NCBI GenBank assembly: GCA_965277715.1
Contig: OZ255836.1
Location: forward strand, 1-64,000
From: Gammaproteobacteria bacterium
GTDB taxonomy: Bacteria > Pseudomonadota > Gammaproteobacteria > JBCCGL01
DNA length: 64,000 bases
Direction of reading: 5' to 3'
A program made the position numbers and the translations under genes. Within the stretch, counting starts at the first letter, position 1. Every line of letters begins with the position of its first letter. Below, in pieces: positions 36,489 to 47,752 of this stretch. Below the pieces are notes generated by a model. That model did no database searches, was not told the DNA's origin, and saw only the letters and a program-made list of their open reading frames with translations.

Positions 36489-36925
36489 GGTTGGGTGTGA
36501 TACCTTCGTTTAGCAGGCCATCGGTAAGCGATGATAATCCTTATTCAGAAAGTCTGTTTAGAACCTTAAAATACACGCCTGCCTATCCGTCAAAGCCATT
36601 TGATAGTTTAGCCTCTGCCCGAAACTGGGTGCATGGATTTGTGCAATGGTATAACGACTCTCATTGCCATAGCGGCATTGGGTTTGTGACACCAACCTCA
36701 CGTCATAAAGGCGAAGATCACGCGATACTGGCAGCCAGAAAAGCAGTTTATGAACAAGCAAAGGCCAAACACCCTGAACGCTGGAGCCAGGATATTAAAC
36801 ACCTCGAACCGGTATCGGGGGTGTGGTTAAACCCGGAAAAGGAAGGCTTGGCCATGAGACAAAAGCATAATGGAATTGAAAAGCAAGTAGCACAGTAAAA
36901 CGGACAACTACCTTGACAAACACCG
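36489..36925 (+). mobile_element. 3' remnant of IS3-like type A (a further piece lies at 34862-34886)
   Basis: Near-identical to about 24046-24482; ends TGACAAACACCG. Confidence 0.9.
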
Positions 36926-37054
36926 ATGCGTACATACTGCACGTCCTTAATCATATCGGCAGTGCCGATACTCTTGAAAAGATAGAGGCCTTGCTACCTT
37001 GGCATGTCGGTTTGGACATTACCGGGGAATAGAGGCTGATTTAAGGGCGCTTAC
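36926..37054 (+). mobile_element. IS66 terminal fragment
   Basis: Reverse complement of about 42567-42695; ends GGGCGCTTAC. Confidence 0.85.
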
Positions 37055-37322
37055 TCTAAATGGGTATCTACACCGACAATAATTTCACCTTTTTGAAGAG
37101 CGAATTTCATGGGTTCACCTCATTAATTATGAAGCATTACCAATCCCATTCGTTGGACAGGACACTCATGATGCAATACAAAGCTCCTATTAGGTCACAG
37201 ACTCTGGGCCCGGAAACGCTCGGGGAACACCAATACTGATCGACAGGTCAACGCAAAGACAAAAAAGCCAATCCCAGCACAGGTCAGATCAGCAGGGTAT
37301 TCTCAAGCATAGTAGGCTGAGT
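37055..37322 (-). mobile_element. IS110-family remnant: left end, non-coding region and first 18 codons of the recombinase
   Basis: 37110-37055 encodes MKFALQKGEIIVGVDTHL (DEDD RuvC-like GxD start) after a GAGGTG RBS; inserted immediately after the CWD codons of IS3 orfB. Confidence 0.8.
37125..37300 (-). ncRNA. Putative IS110 bridge RNA (target- and donor-binding loops)
   Basis: Two parallel loops, TGACCT[guide]...[guide]G(A/T)CCTGTC; guides match the flanking target (TGCTGGGAT) and the element's own left end (ACTCA). Boundaries are approximate. Confidence 0.7.
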
Positions 37323-38343
37323 ATCCCAGCAATTGCCTTTGCGGCTCATACTTTGAATAATATGGTGTTGTTTTAGTAAGCGGGGATGGTGATTAGAGGC
37401 ATACTGGCAGCCACGATCTGTGTGCCATAGCAGGCCAGCTTTGGGCTTACGCCGCCAAATAGCCATCAGCAATGCGTCATCCACCAGACTGGTTCTCATG
37501 TGTGATTGGATAGACCAACCCACTATTTGACGAGAGAACAGGTCAATCACGACGGCCAGGTAAAGCCAGCCCTGTTGCGTCCAGATGGAGGTAATGTCAC
37601 CAACATAACAGCGGTCAGGTTGTTCAACGGTGAAGGCTCGATTCAGATGATTGGGCGCAATGGGGTTATGGTGTTTGGAGTCTGTTGTCACTTTGAACTT
37701 ACGTTTGGTACGGCAACAAAGCCCTGCTTGTACCATGAGACGGCCTATTCGGCGGCGACTGATACGAACCCCTTCATTGGCAAACAAACGCTTTAAACGC
37801 CGGGTACCATAAGTCCCTCGTCCTTGCTCAAAAAAAACGTGCAGACGTTCTGTCAGCTGTTGATCTTCCTGATAGCGGGCTGTGGTGCATTGTTTTGACC
37901 ACGCATAATAGCCGCTACTGGAAACCGCCATAAAGCGACAAAGAGGTCGAACACCATAGCCAGATTGATGTTGCTGTATCCAGGCGTACTTCACGCTTGT
38001 TCCTTGGCAAAGTACGCGGCCGCCTTTTTTAACAGGTCGCGTTCCTCTTTCAAACGCGCGTTTTCTTTTTTCAACCGTTTGAGTTCATCATATAAGTGCT
38101 CATCGCTGTGGCCACTGCCATCCGCTTTCGGTTGGCTATACTTGCTGATCCAGGTATGCAAAGTATTCTCGTTCACGCCCAGTTCGCGTGCGGTCGCGGC
38201 TATAGGCTGGTCGTTTTTCAGGACTAATTTAACCGCTGACTCTCTAAAATCAGCCGTATAGGGTTGCTTCTCTTTCATTTTCGGTTCCTCGCGTAAACTC
38301 GGTTTACTTCAAGTGAGGGGTCCGAATTAGTGTAGCCACATCA
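37323..38343 (-). mobile_element. Canonical IS3-family element (orfA 37991-38278, orfB truncated at CWD)
   Basis: Left end TGATGTGGC; LKKAAAYFAKE, GDIT, WLYLAVVIDLFSR, HTDRG and GNCWD motifs. Confidence 0.9.
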
Positions 38344-38749
38344 CAACCACCGTTACCAAATCAACAAGACGACAGAGATAAACGTTGAAAACCAGTCGAA
38401 AGTGCATGGTTTGTAGCATTTTGGCTGTATGGTTGACGCTATGACTGATTGGCATAGTGAGACGGTATAGAAATACTTTCCTCTACATACAACGCTTTAC
38501 AGCAGGCGTAGAAAAAACGTGCTGTTCATCCACTTAACAAATCTATAATATAAGACTGACACTTAACCAACGGAGGTGTGAGATGAAATCTTATGACGAG
38601 TTGAAAGCTGAAATGGAAGCAATTCAGCAGCAGATGGTTGAAGCAAAGAAGAACGAACGTGCTAATGCATTGAAAGAGGTAAAGCGTCTTTGCAAAGAGT
38701 TTGGCTTTACTGCTGGGATGCTGAAAGGCGCGCTTGCTGAAGGCAGGAA
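38344..38749 (+). repeat. Leader plus mini H-NS-like module, copy 2
   Basis: Aligns with 26162-26567. Confidence 0.9.
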
Positions 38750-38759
38750 GAAGCAATGA
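38583..38759 (+). CDS. Mini H-NS-like protein, copy 2 (58 aa, absent from the ORF track)
   Basis: MKSYDELKAEMEAIQQQMVEAKKNERANALKEVKRLCKEFGFTAGMLKGALAEGRKKQ; 54 of the first 56 aa identical to copy 1. Confidence 0.75.
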   Translation: MKSYDELKAEMEAIQQQMVEAKKNERANALKEVKRLCKEFGFTAGMLKGALAEGRKKQ

Positions 38760-39715
38760 AATACGAATATTTAAATTTCTTAAAATGCCCAGTAACAGAA
38801 GAAGAGTTAGAGTTAGATGTGTATGAAGAGCATAAGGGAGAGATACTAAGTGGTAAGCTCTACTCGTCAAAATCTGACTTTCCAATTATTAATGGTATTC
38901 CAAGATTCGTGAAAAATGAGGGTTATTCTGATAACTTTGGTTGGCAGTGGAATCATTGGGCGAAAGTTCAATTTGAGTGCGAGAATACTGGTAGACCAAT
39001 GGCTGGTTATACAACAAAAATGTTTAAAGCTATTACTGAATTAACAAGTGAAAAATTACAAGATAAAACGATTCTCGACATTGGTTGTGGTCCGGGTAGG
39101 TTCGTGGATGTCTCCAGAACATTAGGTGCAAAATTAGTCATAGCATTAGATTATTCTACAGCGATTGATGCTGCAAAAGAGAACTTTGAGGACGCTACAG
39201 GAATTTTCTTTGTGCAAGGTGATGCATTAAATCTTCCTTTTAAAGAAGGAGTGTTTGACTTTGTCTACAGCATAGGCGTGCTACATCATACACCTAGCCC
39301 AATTAAAGGTGTTCAAGAAGCTGCTAGAGTATTAAAAAAAAGCGGCGAGTTCGCAATCTCTGTTTATAAAAAAGGGGGCTATTACGACTTTGTCACAGTA
39401 CAAATGTGGCGTATATTGTTCAAATCGTTGTGGCCAATATTTGGACACAGATTACCTTACGTTTACTCTCAATTTTTTGGAAGAACAAATCACTATATTC
39501 GCCGCTATTCACGAATTTTAAGTCTTCCGATTAGGCTAATTTTTCCATCAGTAACTTTGCCAGATGTTAGATGGAGTGTCTTAGATACCTTTGATAGTGT
39601 CACACCATCTTATCAATCTGCTCATACCGTTTATGAAGTCTATTCCTGGTTTAAAAAAATGGATTTTATAGATATAAGAGTCGCTGCTTGGGAGAACATC
39701 ATAGGAAGAAAATAG
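38756..39715 (+). CDS. Class I SAM-dependent methyltransferase with a Trm112-like N-terminus
   Basis: LKCPVT...FPIINGIPRF, ILDIGCGPGRF and FDFVYSIGVLHHT motifs; ATGA overlap with the mini H-NS stop. Confidence 0.85.
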   Translation: MKYEYLNFLKCPVTEEELELDVYEEHKGEILSGKLYSSKSDFPIINGIPRFVKNEGYSDNFGWQWNHWAKVQFECENTGRPMAGYTTKMFKAITELTSEKLQDKTILDIGCGPGRFVDVSRTLGAKLVIALDYSTAIDAAKENFEDATGIFFVQGDALNLPFKEGVFDFVYSIGVLHHTPSPIKGVQEAARVLKKSGEFAISVYKKGGYYDFVTVQMWRILFKSLWPIFGHRLPYVYSQFFGRTNHYIRRYSRILSLPIRLIFPSVTLPDVRWSVLDTFDSVTPSYQSAHTVYEVYSWFKKMDFIDIRVAAWENIIGRK

Positions 39716-39766
39716 GTTGATACAGAATGTTAAATTTTCAGCGATACCTATACTGTGGATGAGTGA

Positions 39767-40064
39767 GTGGTACGACAGCCAAAAAAGAAGCTACGTGGCA
39801 ACTTCCGTAAGTTGATACAAGGACGAATAGAAAAAGCTATTCCACGTCATACACTTACAGCTGAAGAAAAAAGTCGGTTAGCTAAACTTAAAGCTATAGC
39901 TGCAAGATTGAGCGTGGGGAAAACGTGCAAAACCGTCAGCTGCAAACTTGGCTAAGTGAAGACGAGTACGCACAGATAGAAGTTGAGTTGCAAGAACAAC
40001 GGAAACTACGTGAAGAACTAAAAGATAAGCCAAGCGGCTTAAAACGCTATGAAGAAAAGCTTAC
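39767..40064 (+). pseudogene. Frameshifted helical hypothetical protein (island backbone?), truncated by an IS
   Basis: After a frameshift near 39910 it continues RGENVQNRQLQTWLSEDEYAQI...LKRYEEKL up to the IS1595 fragment. Confidence 0.45.
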
Positions 40065-40220
40065 CTAATTACCACTCAAGCTAAGCCTATTTTTCAGCAT
40101 TTTTTCAGTCATAGGTGGTGTTCTTAATGCCACATAGAAGAACCGGGGGAGTATATCTTTAAGTGAAAATCGCCGATTAAACCGGTACTGAAAGTCAGCA
40201 AGGTAGCGCTGAGCATATTT
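40064..40220 (-). mobile_element. IS1595-family 3' fragment
   Basis: KYAQRYLADFQYRFNRR C-terminal motif. Confidence 0.7.
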
Positions 40221-42566
40221 TGGAAGTTCAAACTTGATCTGACAGTTACCCAATTTTCAGTGACTGACTGTCAGCTTAAGTTTAGTTCAACAACTTAAGT
40301 TTCCAGATTGATTTACCGTCGATAAGAGTTTCCATCGGGGTTCTACCGCAGCACACTTTATCTTGGTGGGTTCGCTGAGTATTGTACTTGATTAATCATT
40401 CGTCAAGATCAACTTGAAGTTCCTCCATACTTTGATAGATTTTTCGGTTCTTCCCCGATTATTGTGAAGCCACCGGTTCCCTATCCAGCTTTCCGCAGTA
40501 AAACAAGATACTCCGCCGGTAACTTTCAAACGAACGAAATCCTCTTGCATTCGATTTGACTGTCTGAATTTTTGAATTCAAACCCTCTGACACGGCATTA
40601 CTTATTGTGTGCTTAAACCATGTCAATATGTTCGGCATGTGCGTTTTTATCATCTTGGCCACTTTCTTTATGCTGTCCAATCGGCACCGAATTGCCCATG
40701 AATACCACTCGTCAAAGAAACGCTTTGCCCAACCCGCTGTCTTATACGTCCAAAAATCACGAAACAGTTCTTTTATCGCCCAGGCTCGGGCTGTCAATAA
40801 CTGATCATGCTTGAGTGACTCAAAGTGCTCGGCTGCTTTGTCAGACAAATTTTCTTCGTTTTTTAACCAGTGATAACGACTCTTTTTCAACCGGGTATCG
40901 CCCTGTGACAAAAGGTCTCTATGTTTATCACGACGGACCTGATCCACCGCCTTATTCAGGTGTTGGCTAATATGAAAACGGTCGTGAACAATCGCACTGT
41001 CTGACAGTTTTACCTCAACGGCATTAATGAACGCAGGCCACCTATCAATCGCGACAGCTTTCACCTGTTCTCGCTGGTTATCCGTCAGCGCAACCTCCAA
41101 CGCCTCCTCACAAGCTGCCTGGGTGTGATCTTTCACTCCATCCAATACTCGCCCTCCATCGATATCATTGATGAGCGTCACATAGTCATGCCCTTTACGG
41201 TGGGACTTCTCATCAATACCCAGGTACTCAATTGTCACCAATTCCCGACGCGAAAGTCCCCGCTCGACAGCGCGGGCTTTGATGGCTTCCACTGCGTTCC
41301 AGCTAAGTCCCAGTAACTTACGCGCCTCTTCGACGCTACGTGAGGCTTGCAACACCCTGATGGAAAATAATTCAAACAACAACGTAAAACGACTGCGCTT
41401 GCTTGCCCAGGGTAACACCATACTTTTAACACCATGCTCCAGACAATTTACTCGGGGAATGCGACTGTGTAGACGCGTTTCAAACTGCATAGTATCCAGG
41501 TGTCTCCAGGATCGCTCTTGTGAACGGTGATCATAGAACGGACTCACTTCGCCACAGTGCGAACAAGGGCCGTGGTTGCCGCTAAATGCCAACGAAATGG
41601 ATACTTTTAACCCTGAAGGGTCTAAATCAACTGATGTCACTGACCAATCATCTGTCAGACCCAGGAGCTGGCTGTAGTGTTCTTCAAGGCTCGATAGCAC
41701 CGGAGTCTCTCAATAGCAAAGGGAGATGAAATACTATAACCTCACACAAACCGGGGAGGAACCGATTTTTTTACGCAAAGTGATCTGATCAAACTCGTTC
41801 AAAATAGTCTTGTGGAATCGTTCGCAAATACCGTTGGTCTGAGGTGACTTGATCTTGGTTTTAGTGTGTTCAATATCATTCAGAGCCATATAAAGCTGAT
41901 AATCATGTTGATCCGCACGCCCACAATACTCGGTGCCTCTATCGGTCATAATTCGCAGCATAGGAAGGCTGTGTTCTTCGTAGAACGCCAGCACCTGATC
42001 ATTGAGTATATCCGCTGCGGTAATAGGAGTTTTGGTCGTATAGAGTTTGGCATGGGCTACCTTGCTATAAGTATCCACAAACGTTTGTTGATAAACACGA
42101 CCAATGCCCTTAAAGGTGCCAACGTAATACGTATCTTGAGAGCCTAGATACCCTGGATAGGCAGTTTCTATTTCACCACAAACCTCATCATCGTCTTTCT
42201 TTCGCTCCATGGCGGCGACCTGTGATTCGGTCAGAATCAAACCCTCTGAGGCCACTTTTTCACAAAGCGCTTTTAAGCGATGTTTAAAACAGGCTAGACC
42301 ATGCCGTAGCCAGATACCTCGCACACCACTAGTGTGATACAAAAATTCCCCGTTTACGTCATTCATTACTGGTGCGAGTTTGCCCATGAGCGGGTTCTTC
42401 AAGTGCAGAGTCCAACACGACATTTTCAATGCTCGGATCAACACGGTTTTTGAGGGTGGGGCTACGTCGATTACGATCCAATAATGCTTCAACTCCTCCT
42501 TCATCGTTAGCGGCTTTGTAGCGATAAAAGGTATCGCGTGATAAGCCCATCATTTTGCAGGCTTTC
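40221..42566 (-). mobile_element. IS481 copy 2, interrupted by ISL3 and truncated by IS66
   Basis: Reverse complement of about 21072-22093; carries the same nonsense codon and frameshift as copy 1. Confidence 0.9.
40446..41763 (-). mobile_element. ISL3-family element, copy 2 (transposase 40459-41700)
   Basis: Near-identical to copy 1; flanked by GATTTTTC / GATTTTTT target duplication. Confidence 0.93.
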
Positions 42567-44519
42567 GTAAGCGCCCTTAAATCAGCCTCTATTCCAAGGT
42601 AATGTCCAAAACGACATGCCAAGGTAGCAAGGCCTCTATCTTTTCAAGAGTATCCGCACTGCCGATATGATTAAGGACGTGCAGTATGTACGCATAGGGT
42701 TCAAGCCCATTAGCTTTGGCCGTTTCGATCAATGAGTAACATGTGGCACTGGCATGGGCGCCACGGGTTGAATCGGCAAACAACCAGGCTTTTCTACCCA
42801 CGGCAAAAGGCCTAATAGCATTTTCAGCCAGCACGTTGCTGATGTGTAACCGTCCATCATCACAGTAGCCTGTGAGGGTATGCCATTGATTCAGTGCATA
42901 GTCCATGGCGTTTTTTGCTGCTCGCACACCCCGTTATACCCTGAATAGCCATCGACTTGCAGAGTGCCTTGAAAATCTTCCAATAAGCGTTGCGGCACTT
43001 CACCCGAACGAGAAGGGTCGTATTCAAATAACACACTGGGCTGGTCTGGAGGGCCACTCCGCGTTAGCCACATCCATTTATCGGATTGGGCAGTTTTGCC
43101 ATTTTCTTTGAGTACCTGGATACGCGTTTCGTCCATTTGCACATAATCACCGTCATTTTGACTTTCCCGCAGCAAGGTCATCAGGGGTTTAAAAACCGCT
43201 TCCAGGCGAATCATCCAATTGGCCATGTTGGTGCGGCTCACGGCATGTCCATAACGCTTTAAAATACTTTCCTGGCGATACAAGGGCAATCCATCGGCGT
43301 ATTTGGACACCATGATGTTGGCGAGCAGGGCCGTGCTGGCAAAGCACTTACCTAAAGGGTGTATGGGGCGTTGCGCGGCGATAATGTGATCATCACCTGC
43401 GTAGCTGAAGACGGCCTTTTCTTGCCAGTACTCCAAAACGTTGAGTTGTGCGGGAATGTATTGGAGTTCTTCTTTGACTTTAACGAAGAAAGTACGTGTA
43501 GCACCTGCTTTTTCCTCATCGCTTAAGGCCAGCTCAACGCGCACACGGGGTAAACGGTTGGAGAAGCCGCGTTGACGTTTTTTCTTGTTCGTGGTCGTAG
43601 GCTGAGGTAACAACTCATCCGGTAGCTGGCTATCAATGTCGACAATGGCTTGTTCGAGTTCCGCTTCATCAAACAAGTCGATTTGGAAGGCAAGCTTTTC
43701 GCTGTTAGCACCGAACCTCTGAACCTTGGAAAGACGCAACCGTTCTTCCAGCAAACGAATGTAGTGATCGCGGTTTTTAATGGTGTTTTTGTGACGTTGA
43801 ATAATTTGGTTATGGTGCGTTAATTCGGCTTCTTTTTCTGCCAGCACGATCACTAATTCAGCCGCCGTTAAGCCGATGTAATCGTGTTGTTTTTGTTGAG
43901 TTTTCGATGCCAAAACCATCGCGTAATAATACCAAATAACCGTCTAAAGATCATTAAAATTAAACACTTTCCCACTATTTAGCAGGCTAAAAAACAGATT
44001 CGTAATGCAAGACTTTGTGGCCTTTCATTGCGGCTAAATCATAGCCATCAAGCAACCAATTTATTTTTGTGCCGGTCAGTGAAATGATTTCCTCGTCAAG
44101 GCTAGGCCACTTAAATTGCTCTTCGGCCAAGGCTTTGTAATACAGTACAAAACCGTTGTCCTCCCACATCAGACATTTGATTTTGTTGCGGTGCCTGTTG
44201 GTGAACACATATAGACCACCATCAAACAGGTTGTGGCCAAGCTCTCGCTCAACAATGGCCGCAAGGCCATTGCTTTGCTTACGAAAGTCCACCGCCTCTC
44301 GGTATAAAAACACCTGCGCAATATCGAGCGATGGTCGCAAATAACGGGCCGTCATAATTGCGCCAGTAACGCGCTAACTAACGTCACGTTAGCGGCGGTA
44401 ATGCCAGAAATGGCACAGCCATTGGCCAGCGTAAAACACAAACCCGGATCAGCCCTTTGCCTATCAGCCACCATCACTTGGGTAAAGCCTGCTACAGGCA
44501 TGTTACTCTGCACTGCTTG

Positions 44520-47500
44520 CATGGGTGTACCACTAGAATCCTACCAGGAAGCTAATAACGCAATGAATAACACCTGAAAAGAGCCGCCATAAGCTACAAA
44601 TAGTATTTTTTATAATATTTGTACTGTTTTTTTATAAACCGATAACACGCTTTATAATTCATAAAATAAATAAAATTATCCAAAAAAACACTTGCATTCA
44701 CCAGCAGAATTTTTTTTAAAATACCCATTTAATATCTGATTAAATGGGCAAATTGAATATGAACGAAATGATGACCGTTGAAGAATATATCACCGAACAC
44801 TGTAAAATAAGTATGGAAAAAGCAATTGCTGCTGAATGCTTCCCTTTATGGAAAAGATCATGCGATGCCATTGATGACGTAGCTTTTTCTCGACATGGGT
44901 TACTTCGCTGTATAAGTCTTGTACATAGTGGTCGTCACTATCTACAGGTTACGGATGAAATATACGACGAGACAATTTGTCATTCAAGCTATTTTAACGC
45001 ATTGAAGTCGACAAGACGGATGAAGATGATGCAAGCCATGGAAAAGCAAAGCTATCAACTGCAAAGTGAGAAATTATCTTCTTTGGACATTGATTATTTA
45101 AAACAATTTCCTGAACTTGAAGAATATCGAGTAGAAGCAGCTGATGGTCATTTTATACAGCATGCTTGTCACACAGAGAAAAATCGTCAGGGCAACGTCT
45201 TCGCAGCAGGCTTTATTCATGCCTTGAACCTCAGAAATGGACTTCTAAGACCACTTTGTGTCGTGACTAACGGTACTGAACGACACCAGGAAATACCCGC
45301 GTTACGTTCTTATATTGAACACGGTGTTTGTCAAGGTAGTTGTCCGTTTTACTATGCTACTTGCTTTTCAATTCCATTATGCTTTTGTCTCATGGCCAAG
45401 CCTTCCTTTTCCGGGTTTAACCACACCCCCGATACCGGTTCGAGGTGTTTAATATCCTGGTTCCAGCGTTCAGGGTGTTTGGCCTTTGCTTGTTCATAAA
45501 CTGCTTTTCTGGCTGCCAGTATCGCGTGATCTTCGCCTTTATGACGTGAGGTTGGTGTCACAAACCCAATGCCGCTATGGCAATGAGAGTCGTTGTACCA
45601 TTGCACAAATCCATGCACCCAGTTTCGGGCAGAGGCTAAACTATCAAATGGCTTTGACGGATAGGCAGGCGTGTATTTTAAGGTTCTAAACAGACTTTCT
45701 GAATAAGGATTATCATCGCTTACCGATGGCCTGCTAAACGAAGGTATCACACCCAACCATTGCAGTTTTGCTAACATGGTAGCACCTTTCATTGGGCCAC
45801 CATTATCCGCGTGTAATACCAATTGACTCTGGCTGCACCCCTCCGCTAAACAGGCACGCTGGATCAGCGCCGCTGCCAGATCAGCCGATTCACTGTCATG
45901 CACTTCCCAGGCAACAATTTTACGACTGTAAATATCCATCATCATGTAAAGCCGGTAAAACCACCCGGTTATGTTCGATTTCAAAAAGGTAATATCCCAA
46001 GACCACACCTCGTTTGGCCTTGATGCCAGGTAGCTGTTAGGTTTGTGCCGTTTTTTAGGCGCCGCCGCCTTACCTCGCCGCTGCAGTTGGTTTTCCGACT
46101 TTAACACCCGATAGAAGCTTGACTCTGACCCAATATACACACCTTCATCCGCCAATTTGGGCACAATTTGCGAGGGGGGTAGCGCTTGGTATTTCGCTTC
46201 ATTACAAGTGGTGACGATCAATGCCCGCTCTTCTGTTGTGAACTTATTACCAGGCGCCTGTCGATGGGCAGTGGGTCTGCCATCAGCACGGACAGTACCC
46301 GCGTTTGCCCAGCGTCGGTACGTCTTAGGGTGTAACTCAAGCACTTTGCACGCTTTGCCTAATGTAGCGCCAGCAACAACGGCCTCTTTGATTAAACGGA
46401 TACTATTTTGGCGATCTGAATGGCAGGTCATTCGTCCTCTACCTCCCCCCAGATCGCTTGGGCCTTTTTTCTAAGCACCTGCAAAGCGGCTGTTTCGGCT
46501 AACGCTTTCTCCTTTCGGTGCAGGTCTTGTTCGAGACGTTTAATACGTTTATCCGCTTCTCTACGACTGGTTTGTAAACGTTTCGTTTGGGCGCGATCCC
46601 AGTCATTGGCTTGTTCACAAGCCATTCGCCACGCCTTAATCTGATCAGGGGACAAACCACGATGACGGCAATAAGCTGAAAGGTCTGTTTCGCTTAATGA
46701 CGCACTTTCCAGAACCGCTGCAAACTTATCCGAAGAACCCCAACCTGCTGGTGTCAAATCGCCATCTGGCATGAGTTCGCCTTTCGCTCTTGCTTGGGCT
46801 CGCCAACTATAAAGCGTGCCTTGTGCAATGCCTTCTTCTTTGGCTAACTGGGAAATTGTTTGGTTATTTGGCGGCAGCATCTTCTTTAAAACAGCGGCCT
46901 TTCTTTCTACTGGATAACGCATACCACTCTCTCTTTGCCTCCTGTAATAACTTATTGAATCCCAATTTAGGGAGGGGGACAACTACCCTGACACAGGGGG
47001 AACAACGTTGTGGCGAAAAAGAGACTTGGCAAAAGCATCTCTATATATACGATAAGGCGGTGACTGATTATGCATGGTGGGAAAAACAAAAACAGCATCA
47101 GAATTTTATGATTTCAGTACTCAAAGAAAATGCAGTTGCAACTTTTGTCAACTCTATACCCTATGACCAGGGTAGTGAAATTAATACAGGGGTTGAAGGC
47201 TATAGTGTATATAAAAATAAAAAGGTCCAATTTCATATTGTTAAATACCGCGACCCAGAAACAGGTCAATTACATCAATTTATTTCAACGCTACCAGAGT
47301 CAATTAACCAAGGCACTATTGCTATGCTCTATTACAAGCGTTGGACGATAGAAAAATCATTCAACAATAGCAAAAGTGATTTCACCGAAAGAAAAGCCTG
47401 GTCTTCAAACCTGAATGCGCTGAACAGTCAAATGCGTTTTACTGCCATGGCCTATAATATCATGCGTATTTTTGAAGAAACATCAAAAACAAAGAACCTG

Positions 47501-47752
47501 GAATGTATTCATCCATCTGATAAAAAATACACTAAAATACACTAAAATGCTTGATAAGAGACAACAAATTGCCCAGAAAAAAGGCAGCTTTGTTAATCCA
47601 TTGTTTTTTTACGCTAGAATTACCCGTATATGCTCATTCACCATCCGCTCTCTGCAAAATGCAATAATGACAAGAAAGTCCCTTAGAACTATTATGCATA
47701 GCTTAGTGAGGCATTTAAAACCTCGACAGCCAGGAATTTTGAAACACTGATG
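44520..47752 (+). mobile_element. IS4-like element, copy 2, inserted in IS66 tnpA and itself interrupted
   Basis: 8-bp target duplication ACTGCTTG at 44512-44519 and 47753-47760. Confidence 0.9.
45322..46999 (-). mobile_element. IS3-like type A, copy 2 (orfA 46428-46922, orfB 45352-46431)
   Basis: 5-bp target duplication GAACA at 45317-45321 and 47000-47004. Confidence 0.93.

Noticed and set aside
36452-36898. 148-aa ORF as a third gene of the type B element
   Set aside because: It is the 3' remnant of type A orfB read from the end of type B
38526-38885. 119-aa minus-strand ORF
   Set aside because: Antisense shadow of the mini H-NS gene and methyltransferase start, which have an RBS and a conserved paralog
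44744-47545. 251-aa ORFs 44744-45499 and 46790-47545 as novel fusion proteins
   Set aside because: Chimeric read-through across the IS4/IS3-like insertion junctions
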